Below are positions 48,106 through 56,181 of a DNA stretch of 56,181 nucleotides, in pieces (position 1 is the first letter of the stretch; the number at the start of each line of letters is the position of its first letter). Both the position numbers and the translations under genes were made by a program. Under the pieces are notes generated by a model. That model saw nothing but the letters and a program-made list of their open reading frames with translations. It ran no database searches and was not told the origin of the DNA. Location: the IMG/VR virus record IMGVR_UViG_2565956618_000007. One strand, written 5' to 3'. This stretch comes from a virus. Lineage: Duplodnaviria; Heunggongvirae; Uroviricota; Caudoviricetes.

Positions 48106-51057
48106 ATGTCGGGACAGTTTTCAGTCGGCGTTGTTATCGGCGGGATGATTGGCAGCACATTCCGTTCTGCAATGAGCGGTACCCGCCGTGCGCTTGATTC
48201 CCTGAGCGATACCTCACGCCGCCTGCAGGAACGTCAGAACGCTTTAACCCGTGCAACAGAACGTTATGGTCAACTGGGTTCTTCCCGGATGCAGCATCTC
48301 AACAGCGAGCTGCTGCGGGTAAGCCGCACCATGGAGCAAATTGAGCGCCAGCAGCGCCGTCTGTCAGCGGCATCCGCTACCAGTGATGCGCTGAAAGCTA
48401 ACCGCATGGCGCTGTATGGTCAGGGGATTGAAGCGTATGGCATGGCACAGACTGTTTATCATACGGTTTCCCCTGCCGTTCAGCAGTCCATGTCTTTTCA
48501 GGACAAAATGATTGATATGTCGATCACCGCAAAATATGACAATAAAACGCGGGATGCACTTGCCGGACAGATAAAAGGCTGGGCGCTTAAATACAATCAG
48601 TATCAGGATGAGCTGCAGGAGGCGGTGGGTTCACTCATCAGCGACAATATTGATAATGTGTCAGATATCGGTTTTCTGATGCCGGATATTGCCCGCGCGG
48701 CAACGGCAACACGCACGTCTGCTCAGGACTGGGCAAAAGTGGCCGCAGTCTGGCAAAACTCCCTGAAAGGTGCGGCCAGAGATTTTGGTGCCGTTCAGAA
48801 TATTATGGCTTATGCCGGTGACCAGGGGTCATTTGAAATCCCGGATCAGGTCAAGTGGATGCAGTCCCTGGCCCCAATGATGGCGGGTATTGCCAGTGGA
48901 AAAGAGGCTGTTGCTGAAATCGGGGCCAGTCTCCAGATAGCAAAAATCGGTGCAGGTTCCACCGACGAAGCAGCCAATAATTTTAAAAACTTTCTTACCA
49001 AAATTTTTGCCCGCGATACTCAGAAACAGTTTGCTGATCTGGGTATTGATTTGCAGGGATCTATTGCGAGTTATAAAGCTGCGGGGATCTCTCCGATTGA
49101 AGGGATGTTGAGTGTTATAGAACGTTACCTCAATGCCAAAAGCCCCGAAGCGCTGGCCGGCTTCAAATCAGCCATGAAAATAAAGAATGATACGGCAAGA
49201 GATGAGGCACTTCAGGCTCTGGCGAAAAACTTTGGTCTGGGCGATATGTTCGCGGATATGCAGGTCATGGCATTTATCCGCCCGATGCTGGCCAACATGG
49301 ACAGATATCGAGAGATCCGTGCCGGTGCTCTCAGGGCTGCGGATAACGATTTGCTTGCCAGTGCTTATGATCAGCGGCTGAAATCTCCCCTTGAAGCCAC
49401 TAAAACACTTATGGTCAGCAGTCGCGATCTGGCAATTACGCTGGGCGATCAATTAGCTCCATCTTTTATTTCTTTGACTCAGGAACTGCTTCCACTCATT
49501 CAGGGGGCAAAACACTGGGTAGCGACTCACCCGCAATTTGTCAGTGGGGCTTTTAAGCTCATCAGTGCGCTCCTTGCGATTAAGATAGCGACTGTTGGTC
49601 TCAAACTGGGGCTGAATCTCCTTATTTCCCCCTTTGTAAGTGTCTGGAAAAATGCTGTTTTACTTCGGGCCAACTGGCTTCGTCTGTCGCTCGCACTGGG
49701 GCAAGGCGGTAAGCTCCGCTGGCTGGTGACCGGATTTAGCGCCGTCGCCAGAGGAGCCAGAACACTGAGTGGCGTGCTCTCCGGGGGGCTGGTTCGCGGA
49801 ATTATGCTCGCCGGACGTGCTGTTCTCTGGATTGGACGTGCGCTGATGATGAATCCCATCGGTCTCGTTATCACCGCTGTCGCGGCAGCAGCTTACCTTA
49901 TCTACCGCAACTGGGGGGCAGTCAGTGGCTGGTTTAAACAGCGCTGGGCAGACATTCAGGAAGCCTTTAACGGCGGCATTGTGGGAATTGGTAAGTTACT
50001 GATTAACTGGTCGCCGGCAGGCCTGCTCTATAAAGCCTTTGCGGCTGCGCTGAAATATTTCGGCGTTGCTCTGCCGGCAAAGTTCACCGACTTCGGTGGC
50101 CATCTTATCGACGGTCTGATTAACGGTATCAAAAACAAATGGGGGTCGCTCAAATCCAGTGTAACCGGAATGGGTGACAGCATCAGTAGCTGGTTTAAAC
50201 AGTGCTGGGCTGACATTCAGGAAGCCTTTAACGGCGGTATCGCGGGAACTGGTAAGCTGCTGATTAACTGGTCGCCGGCAGGTCTGCTCTATAAAGCCTT
50301 TGCAGCTGCGCTGAAATATCTTGGTGTTGATCTGCCGGCAAAGTTCACCGACTTCGGTGGCCATCTTATCGACGGTCTGATTAACGGTATCAAAAACAAA
50401 TGGGGGTCGCTCAAATCCAGTGTAACCGGAATGGGTGACAGCATCAGTGGCTGGTTCAGTGAAAAGCTGGGTATTCATTCGCCGAGCCGCGTGTTTATGG
50501 GCTTTGGTGACAATATCGCGCAGGGGGCCGCCATTGGCCTGCAGCGGACCACTCCGCTTGCAGCTCTGGCCGGGCAGCGAATGGCCAGTGAACTGCTCCC
50601 CAGAATGCCCGTGAGCATTCAGGGGCCAGAAATACGGGATAACACTTCAGGTGTTCGCTTCAGTATGCCGTTGCCCGATATCAACGGGTTTATGTCGTCT
50701 GCTAAAAATGCGATCGGAGCCGTAATCAATAGTTTGTCTTCCATGCCCGCTATCCCGCTCTCCACCCGGACATCGATTTTACCAGGGCAACGTCTGGCAA
50801 ATGAGATGACACCGGATGTTCCCCGTATCCCCTCGCCTGAAATCATGGCTGCCGGATATTCAGGCCGTGGTGCAGCTGCAACCGGCGGTGGAACGTCTGG
50901 TGGTATCCAGGTCAGCTTTAATCCTCAGTTTTTCCTCAATGGCAGGGAAACCACAGCGCCTGCAGGACTGACTGGTGCTCTGAATATGAGTCTGCATGAG
51001 CTGGAAAAAATGCTGGAGCGTCTGCTGGCTCAGAAACAACGTAAGGAGTACCGCTGA
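48106..51057 (+). CDS. Tail tape measure protein
   Basis: 983-aa product with RBS GGAGG, alpha-helical N-terminus, hydrophobic central segments; contains a tandem 87-codon duplication. Confidence 0.85.
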   Translation: MSGQFSVGVVIGGMIGSTFRSAMSGTRRALDSLSDTSRRLQERQNALTRATERYGQLGSSRMQHLNSELLRVSRTMEQIERQQRRLSAASATSDALKANRMALYGQGIEAYGMAQTVYHTVSPAVQQSMSFQDKMIDMSITAKYDNKTRDALAGQIKGWALKYNQYQDELQEAVGSLISDNIDNVSDIGFLMPDIARAATATRTSAQDWAKVAAVWQNSLKGAARDFGAVQNIMAYAGDQGSFEIPDQVKWMQSLAPMMAGIASGKEAVAEIGASLQIAKIGAGSTDEAANNFKNFLTKIFARDTQKQFADLGIDLQGSIASYKAAGISPIEGMLSVIERYLNAKSPEALAGFKSAMKIKNDTARDEALQALAKNFGLGDMFADMQVMAFIRPMLANMDRYREIRAGALRAADNDLLASAYDQRLKSPLEATKTLMVSSRDLAITLGDQLAPSFISLTQELLPLIQGAKHWVATHPQFVSGAFKLISALLAIKIATVGLKLGLNLLISPFVSVWKNAVLLRANWLRLSLALGQGGKLRWLVTGFSAVARGARTLSGVLSGGLVRGIMLAGRAVLWIGRALMMNPIGLVITAVAAAAYLIYRNWGAVSGWFKQRWADIQEAFNGGIVGIGKLLINWSPAGLLYKAFAAALKYFGVALPAKFTDFGGHLIDGLINGIKNKWGSLKSSVTGMGDSISSWFKQCWADIQEAFNGGIAGTGKLLINWSPAGLLYKAFAAALKYLGVDLPAKFTDFGGHLIDGLINGIKNKWGSLKSSVTGMGDSISGWFSEKLGIHSPSRVFMGFGDNIAQGAAIGLQRTTPLAALAGQRMASELLPRMPVSIQGPEIRDNTSGVRFSMPLPDINGFMSSAKNAIGAVINSLSSMPAIPLSTRTSILPGQRLANEMTPDVPRIPSPEIMAAGYSGRGAAATGGGTSGGIQVSFNPQFFLNGRETTAPAGLTGALNMSLHELEKMLERLLAQKQRKEYR
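49930..50451 (+). repeat. Tandem in-frame duplication, 2 x 261 bp (87 codons), inside the tape measure gene
   Basis: Protein residues 609-695 and 696-782 are near-identical (WFKQRWADIQEAFNGGIVGIGKLLINWSPAGLLYKAF… vs WFKQCWADIQEAFNGGIAGTGKLLINWSPAGLLYKAF…). Confidence 0.9.
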
Positions 51058-51941
51058 TGTTTGCCGTACTGGGTGATATTGAGTTTGAGCTGATTACCTA
51101 CTGGGACGGCTTCGAGGCCACGTTCGGCGTCGATTATGCGGAGCATGCCCGCATCGGGGGTAAGCCTGGCCTGCAGTTCGTCGGCGACAGGCTGGACGAA
51201 ATCCAGATAACTCTGGTTTTCCATCAGCATTATTGTGTACCCGATGTGGAGCTGGCGAGACTGCGAACAGCCATGAAAGCCCATCAGGCACTGGCGCTGG
51301 TCTTCGGCAACGGTGACTATCGCGGCTGGTTCGTGATTACCGATGTGACTGCAACCAGCGAGCAGACTGACAGTACCGGCAACGTGCTGGCTGTCAGTGC
51401 CACCGTGTCTCTCTGGGAATACACCGGTGACCCGAAAAATACTCTGCAACCACCGGCAATACGCACGAAGCTCCCGGGTGTCGGGGCGGTCTCCGGTGCC
51501 ATACCTTCACCTTCAGGGGTGGCGCAGTTCATCCGCAACGGCGTCAACTATGCGAAACAGGCGCAGTCTGTACTCCAGACCACTATCAGCGCCGTTCGGG
51601 TGACACAGAAAATGAAGGATAACCCCGTTGTCGCACTGACCCGTGTGCCGGGGCTGATGAGCGGACTGGGTAATATCTCCGGGGCTCTGGGGAAAAGTGT
51701 TCCGGCGTTTAACGCACTCTCTGAATCCATGCCCGATGCCATCAGTCTGGCCAGAACAGCCAGCGAAGCAGTCACGTATGTACAGCAGGCACAGTCTGCG
51801 CTGAGTGGTGTGGACAAAAGAAATATTGCAGGTGCTCTGGATACCGTTTCCGGGCAGCTTAACGCCGCCGGCACAGCATTCAACCGCATGTCTCCGGGAT
51901 TAAGTGCAATGGCCGCCAGAATACTGACGAGGAGTGTGTGA
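51057..51941 (+). CDS. Tail protein (Mu P/gp43-like, DNA-circularisation-protein family)
   Basis: 294-aa ORF directly after the tape measure. Confidence 0.6.
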   Translation: MFAVLGDIEFELITYWDGFEATFGVDYAEHARIGGKPGLQFVGDRLDEIQITLVFHQHYCVPDVELARLRTAMKAHQALALVFGNGDYRGWFVITDVTATSEQTDSTGNVLAVSATVSLWEYTGDPKNTLQPPAIRTKLPGVGAVSGAIPSPSGVAQFIRNGVNYAKQAQSVLQTTISAVRVTQKMKDNPVVALTRVPGLMSGLGNISGALGKSVPAFNALSESMPDAISLARTASEAVTYVQQAQSALSGVDKRNIAGALDTVSGQLNAAGTAFNRMSPGLSAMAARILTRSV

Positions 51942-52153
51942 TGTTTCTTGAACATGTTACCCGTGACGGAGAGCGCTGGGATTCGCTGGCATGGCAGTAC
52001 TACGGCGACCCGCTGGGCTATCCCCGGATTATTGCCGCCAATCCGCACGTGGCCATCACGCCGGTGCTGCCCTCCGGGCTGTTGTTACTGATCCCGGTGA
52101 TTGAGGCTGAAGAAGCCCGTACAGAAGAGGATATTGCCCCATGGCTGAGATAA
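51938..52153 (+). CDS. Tail protein X-like (LysM-like)
   Basis: 71-aa ORF overlapping neighbours; size and position as P2 gpX. Confidence 0.6.
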   Translation: MMFLEHVTRDGERWDSLAWQYYGDPLGYPRIIAANPHVAITPVLPSGLLLLIPVIEAEEARTEEDIAPWLR

Positions 52154-53313
52154 ACAGCACTGCGCAAGTCACATCAGCGTTAACCGGCGTCAGCGATGTG
52201 CTGACACCGGTGTTCACTTTGTGGTATCTGCAGAAAAACATCACCTCTGATATCGCGCCTTATGTCACCCGTGTGACCTGGAGCGATAACATCAAAAATG
52301 AGTCCGATACCATTGAGGTGGAGCTGGACGACACCGATGGCCGCTGGCTGGATAAATGGTATCCGGGCAAGGGTGACACGCTGACGCTGAAAATGGGCTA
52401 TCAGGGCGAGAAGCTGCTGTCCTGCGGTACGTTCTCTATAGACGAGATCGAAGTGAGTTCGCCCGCTTCCGTTGTTTCTATCCGTGGGGTGGCCACCTCG
52501 GTTAACAGTGCCCTGCGGACTAAAACCAGTCGTGGTTTTGAGAACACCACGCTGGCAGCTGTTGCGGGGCGGATTGCCAGAAAGCACCGACTGAAACTGG
52601 TGGGCAGCATTGAGTCCATCAGAATCGACCGGGTGACCCAGTATGCTGAAACCGACGTGGGTTTTCTGCGCCGGCTGGCCAGCGAGTATGGTTATGCAGT
52701 GAAAGTGGTCAGTGACCAGCTGATTTTTTCTCATCTGGCCACACTGCGCAGTCAGGAGCCGGTCAGGCAGTTAAAACCGCAGGATGTGGCCCGCTTTTCC
52801 CTGCGTGACACCATCAACCGGGTCTATAAATCTGCAAAGGTAAAACACCAGAAAAGCAGCAGTAAAAAACTGATCGTCTACGAAGCTGATGGTGGTACCC
52901 GTGAAAGCGACAAAAAGCTCAAAGGTGGTAAGGTTACCAGCGCTGACTCACTTAAAGTTAACAGCCGCGTCAGCGACCCGGACAGTGCCCGGATTAAAGC
53001 GGATTCAGCACTGGCCAGACATAACGAATACCAGCAGAACGGCTCCCTGACGCTGACGGGAACACCTCAACTGACAGCAGGCAACAAAATTGAACTGGTG
53101 GGTTTTGGGCAGTTATCCGGGCCATGGCTCATAACCACTGCCCTCCATGCGTTTGAGCGTAACAGCGGCTACACCACAGAGCTGGAAGTGGCACGGGGGC
53201 CGGTCACACAGGGCAAGGCGAAGAAAGGTAAAAAAACCGGCAAAACCCGGACGCTGACCATCTATAAACCGGACGGCAGCACGTCCACAGTAATAAGAGA
53301 GAAGAAAAAATGA
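52141..53313 (+). CDS. Baseplate hub / late control D-like tail protein
   Basis: 390-aa ORF preceding the V-like spike gene. Confidence 0.7.
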   Translation: MAEINSTAQVTSALTGVSDVLTPVFTLWYLQKNITSDIAPYVTRVTWSDNIKNESDTIEVELDDTDGRWLDKWYPGKGDTLTLKMGYQGEKLLSCGTFSIDEIEVSSPASVVSIRGVATSVNSALRTKTSRGFENTTLAAVAGRIARKHRLKLVGSIESIRIDRVTQYAETDVGFLRRLASEYGYAVKVVSDQLIFSHLATLRSQEPVRQLKPQDVARFSLRDTINRVYKSAKVKHQKSSSKKLIVYEADGGTRESDKKLKGGKVTSADSLKVNSRVSDPDSARIKADSALARHNEYQQNGSLTLTGTPQLTAGNKIELVGFGQLSGPWLITTALHAFERNSGYTTELEVARGPVTQGKAKKGKKTGKTRTLTIYKPDGSTSTVIREKKK

Positions 53314-53837
53314 CTGGTGTCACTCGTCAGGTCGGTACGGTCAGTGCCGTTGATGCCGACAGGGTTCAGGCCCGCGTTCGTCTGCCTGAATGCGATAACC
53401 TGCGCACAAACTGGCTTAACGTGCTGCAGCGCAATACCCAGGATAACAAAGATTACTGGCTCCCTGACGTGGGGGAGCAGGTTGAGGTGCTGCTCGATGC
53501 CAACGGCGAGGATGGTGTTATTCTGGGCGCGGTGTATTCAGACGTCGATAAACCACCGTTCAGTGATAAAAACGTCCGGGGCACGAAGTACGCTGATGGC
53601 GCGGAGTTCAGTTATAACCGCGCGACCCATACGCTGACGGTCAGAGGAGGTATTGAGCGTATCGTGGTGGAGGTTGCCGCCGATATCTCACTGGAAGGGA
53701 AAAGCATTGACCTCACGGGAGTTACCACAATCAACGGCAACGCGACACTCAACGGTGATCTGGAAATCAACGGAAGCGCCCATGCAACGGGTGACATATT
53801 TGCCGATGGTCAGAACTCTAATCACCATTCCCATTGA
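53310..53837 (+). CDS. Baseplate spike protein (gpV-like)
   Basis: 175-aa product with N-terminal OB-fold-like region and C-terminal repeats (…TINGNATLNGDLEINGSAHATGD…). Confidence 0.75.
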   Translation: MTGVTRQVGTVSAVDADRVQARVRLPECDNLRTNWLNVLQRNTQDNKDYWLPDVGEQVEVLLDANGEDGVILGAVYSDVDKPPFSDKNVRGTKYADGAEFSYNRATHTLTVRGGIERIVVEVAADISLEGKSIDLTGVTTINGNATLNGDLEINGSAHATGDIFADGQNSNHHSH

Positions 53838-53893
53838 ACCTTCTTAAACGCCTTTAATATCGGCGCTTACTTCCCGGGGGCAATACTGCCTCC

Positions 53894-54241
53894 ATGAAAA
53901 CGACCTCAGTATTCTGGCAACCAGCTCTGCAGGCTTCCGGCGAAATCGTCAGGGGGCTGGATGATATCCGGCAGTCCATCCAAATCATCCTGCGGACTCC
54001 CCGCGGCAGCGACCCGCATCGCCCGGAGTTCGGCAGCAATCTGCACCTTTATATCGACTGGCCTGTCGACCGGGCCATTCCGCATGTGGTTCGCGAATCC
54101 GTCGATGCCATCCGGCGCTGGGAGCCCCGCTGCCAGCTTATGTCAGTTAAACCCGCCGTCGACGGCGAACATCTTACGCTCCGGGTGAGCTGGAAAGGCT
54201 CAGACGGACAGACCCGGACTCAGGAGCTGCTATGGCGCTGA
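53894..54241 (+). CDS. Baseplate wedge protein (gpW / gp25-like)
   Basis: 115-aa ORF immediately upstream of the J-like gene. Confidence 0.75.
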   Translation: MKTTSVFWQPALQASGEIVRGLDDIRQSIQIILRTPRGSDPHRPEFGSNLHLYIDWPVDRAIPHVVRESVDAIRRWEPRCQLMSVKPAVDGEHLTLRVSWKGSDGQTRTQELLWR

Positions 54242-55335
54242 CAGAACCCGATTTTATTGAACGCGATGCCGACAAAATCACGGCAGAAATGATTGCGAAG
54301 TATGAAGCGGATACCGGCAAAACGCTGTACCCGGCACAGGCAGAGCGTCTGCTGATTGATCTGTGGGCCTATCGCGAAATGCTGGTCAGGGTTGCGGTAC
54401 AGGAGGCAGCAAAGCAGAATCTGGTCGCCTTTGCCCGTGAGCCGATGATTGATTACCTCGGTGAACTGGTCGGTGTATACCGTCTTGCCGCGCAGCCTGC
54501 CACTACCACGCTCCAGTTCTCCGTAGATGAGGCACTGGCCATTGATGTGCTGATCCCGGCAGGCACCCGCGTCAGCGCTTCCGACAGCGTTATTTTTGCC
54601 ACCGATACAGATGTGGTACTGAAGGCCGGATTGCTGCTGGTCAATGTCACGTCCACCTGTACCGAACCCGGTACCGCTGGTAACGGCTGGCAACCTGCGC
54701 AGGTCAGTCAGTTACTCGATGAGATTGATAACGTCGACCTGCTGGTGAGCAATCTGACGGCCAGTTCCGGCGGTTCAGAACAGGAAGACGATGACAGGCT
54801 CCGGGAGCGTATCAGGCTGGCCCCGGAGTCATTCACCAATGCCGGAAGCCGTGGCGCATACCGCTTTCATGCCATGCAGGCCCATCCCAACATTGTCGAT
54901 GTTGCTGTGCTTTCCCCGGTTCCCGGGACCGTAGATCTGTATCCGCTGCTCAGTACCGGTCTGCCGGACGGCGGTGTTCTCACGCTGGTAGAGAGTTTCT
55001 GCTCTGATGAGAAAGTCAGGCCACTCACTGATACAGTGCGGGCTAAAACACCAGTGAAGGTGGATTACACCATTGAAGCCAGGATTACGATCTATCGTGA
55101 TCAGGATGCCAGGTCTGTAAAAGATGCCGCTAACAGCGCCATACAGAACTGGGTGGCATCACGTGCCGCCACGCTGGGGCGTGATATTGTCCCCAGCCAG
55201 ATTATCAGTGCATTGTCCGTTTCCGGGGTGTACCAGGTTGAACTGGTGACACCGGCACTGAGGGTGGTGGCAGAAAACGAATGGGCAAACTGTACGGCGA
55301 TCACACTTAACATGAGTGGAGTGTCTGATGACTGA
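54232..55335 (+). CDS. Baseplate protein J-like
   Basis: 367-aa ORF between W-like and I-like genes. Confidence 0.75.
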   Translation: MALTEPDFIERDADKITAEMIAKYEADTGKTLYPAQAERLLIDLWAYREMLVRVAVQEAAKQNLVAFAREPMIDYLGELVGVYRLAAQPATTTLQFSVDEALAIDVLIPAGTRVSASDSVIFATDTDVVLKAGLLLVNVTSTCTEPGTAGNGWQPAQVSQLLDEIDNVDLLVSNLTASSGGSEQEDDDRLRERIRLAPESFTNAGSRGAYRFHAMQAHPNIVDVAVLSPVPGTVDLYPLLSTGLPDGGVLTLVESFCSDEKVRPLTDTVRAKTPVKVDYTIEARITIYRDQDARSVKDAANSAIQNWVASRAATLGRDIVPSQIISALSVSGVYQVELVTPALRVVAENEWANCTAITLNMSGVSDD

Positions 55336-55906
55336 GCCATTACAACTCCCGCCACCGCTTGAGGGTGATATCAGTCTCAGGACGCTGGGAAGACTGGCAG
55401 GACGGCTGGATAACATCGACCTGAGCGTACTGATGGTCTTTCTCGTCGATATCGTCGACAGTTCCGCGCTGCCATGGCTGGGCGAGCAGTTCTCACTGTC
55501 TGGCGATGGCTGGGAGCTGGCGGAATCGGACGATGTTCGCCGCATGCTTATAAAAGCAGCCATCGAACTGCACCGGTATAAAGGGACGCCGTGGTCAATC
55601 CGGGAAGTTATCCGCCGTTTTGGCTTTGGTGAAGTGGATCTGATTGAAGGCACAGGTCGTCTCAGTTACGACGGCAATCGCAGCTATAACGGACTGTTTG
55701 TTCATGGAGATGCAGCCGCCTGGGCAGTTTATCGCGTTATTCTGAAACAGCCCATTACTAACGATCAGGCCGCGATGCTGCGTCAGACGCTGGCTGCATT
55801 TGCACCGGCCCGCTGCCATCTGGCCAGCCTGGAGTATCAGTCTGTGGCCATTCGCTATAACAATACCGCCATCCATGATGGCAGTTATAACCACGGGAGC
55901 AGTTGA
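55328..55906 (+). CDS. Tail protein I-like
   Basis: 192-aa product from MTEPLQLPP overlapping the J-like stop. Confidence 0.7.
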   Translation: MTEPLQLPPPLEGDISLRTLGRLAGRLDNIDLSVLMVFLVDIVDSSALPWLGEQFSLSGDGWELAESDDVRRMLIKAAIELHRYKGTPWSIREVIRRFGFGEVDLIEGTGRLSYDGNRSYNGLFVHGDAAAWAVYRVILKQPITNDQAAMLRQTLAAFAPARCHLASLEYQSVAIRYNNTAIHDGSYNHGSS

Positions 55907-55908
55907 TT

Positions 55909-56181
55909 ATGGGAAACCTGAATGAAACAGAAAAGTGGGAAGAAAATATCTATCAACTGGAGACATCAGATCCGGTTCTGGGTGGTGCAGACGGGATATC
56001 AAATCGAGCCCCCCGGCAACTGGCAAACAGGACGAAATGGCTGAAGAAGAAAACGGAGGAAGCCGCACAGTCACTGGCTGAACACGTACGTTCCCGTAAC
56101 CACCCGGACGCGACACTGACAGCTAAGGGGTTCACCCAACTGAGCAGTGCCACCAACAGCACCTCTGAAACGCTGGCCGCC
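55909..56181 (+). CDS. Tail fibre protein (P2 H-like), N-terminal 91 codons only; truncated by window end
   Basis: ATG at 55909 two nt after the I-like stop; N-terminus MGNLNETEKWEENIYQLETSDPVLGG… is a conserved tail-fibre attachment motif; the ORF runs off the window. Confidence 0.75.
   Translation, partial: MGNLNETEKWEENIYQLETSDPVLGGADGISNRAPRQLANRTKWLKKKTEEAAQSLAEHVRSRNHPDATLTAKGFTQLSSATNSTSETLAA

Larger units (their letters stand above)
21353..56181. mobile_element. Mu-like transposable prophage (partial; extends past window end): leftward early operon, central immunity region, rightward lysis/head/tail genes
   Basis: Mu Ner, A (DDE transposase), B (AAA+), Gam, GemA and Mor homologues on the minus strand; Mu-type head genes (gp27, terminase, portal, F, G, I, T, gp36-38, sheath, tube) and P2-type baseplate genes on the plus strand. 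End at 21353 approximate. Confidence 0.85.

Noticed and set aside
49930-50451. Possible CRISPR array or other repeat locus
   Set aside because: There are only two long coding repeat units without spacers; it is an in-frame duplication. No CRISPR-like short repeat/spacer array was seen anywhere in the window.
49996-50478. 160-aa minus-strand ORF with an internal repeat
   Set aside because: It is the antisense image of the tandem duplication inside the tape measure gene, not an independent gene.

Overview
The window holds two prophages, one nested in the other, on Enterobacteriaceae-type (E. coli-like) DNA. Positions 1 to about 21350 are the integrase-proximal arm of a Qin-like lambdoid prophage: integrase, excisionase, a RecE-like exonuclease, the dicB operon (ydfD, dicB, DicF sRNA), DicA/DicC immunity with operator palindromes, an iteron-bearing replication gene, a hok toxin, antiterminator Q, cspB, a pinholin/SAR-endolysin/Rz/Rz1 lysis cassette, cspI, gnsB, ydfO, a cos-like element, the small terminase subunit and a truncated large-terminase gene. 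From about 21353 to the window end is a Mu-like transposable prophage that apparently interrupts that terminase gene. Its early operon (Ner, transposase A, ATPase B, Gam, MazG-like, GemA, Mor) runs leftward and its lysis, Mu-type head and P2-type tail genes run rightward, diverging from an XRE-type repressor. The strongest candidates for an undescribed system are (i) a tightly coupled, AT-richer two-gene module directly downstream of the Mu-like repressor, encoding an NdpA/YejK-family homologue plus a protein with C-terminal transmembrane helices, arranged like lambda cI-rexA-rexB; and (ii) a 595-aa protein with a C-terminal HEPN-like R-x4-H motif in the lambdoid prophage next to hok. All domain and gene-name calls come from reading the translations and from remembered family signatures; no searches were run. 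Hand-derived coordinates (terminators, repeats, trimmed starts) may be off by 1-2 nt.
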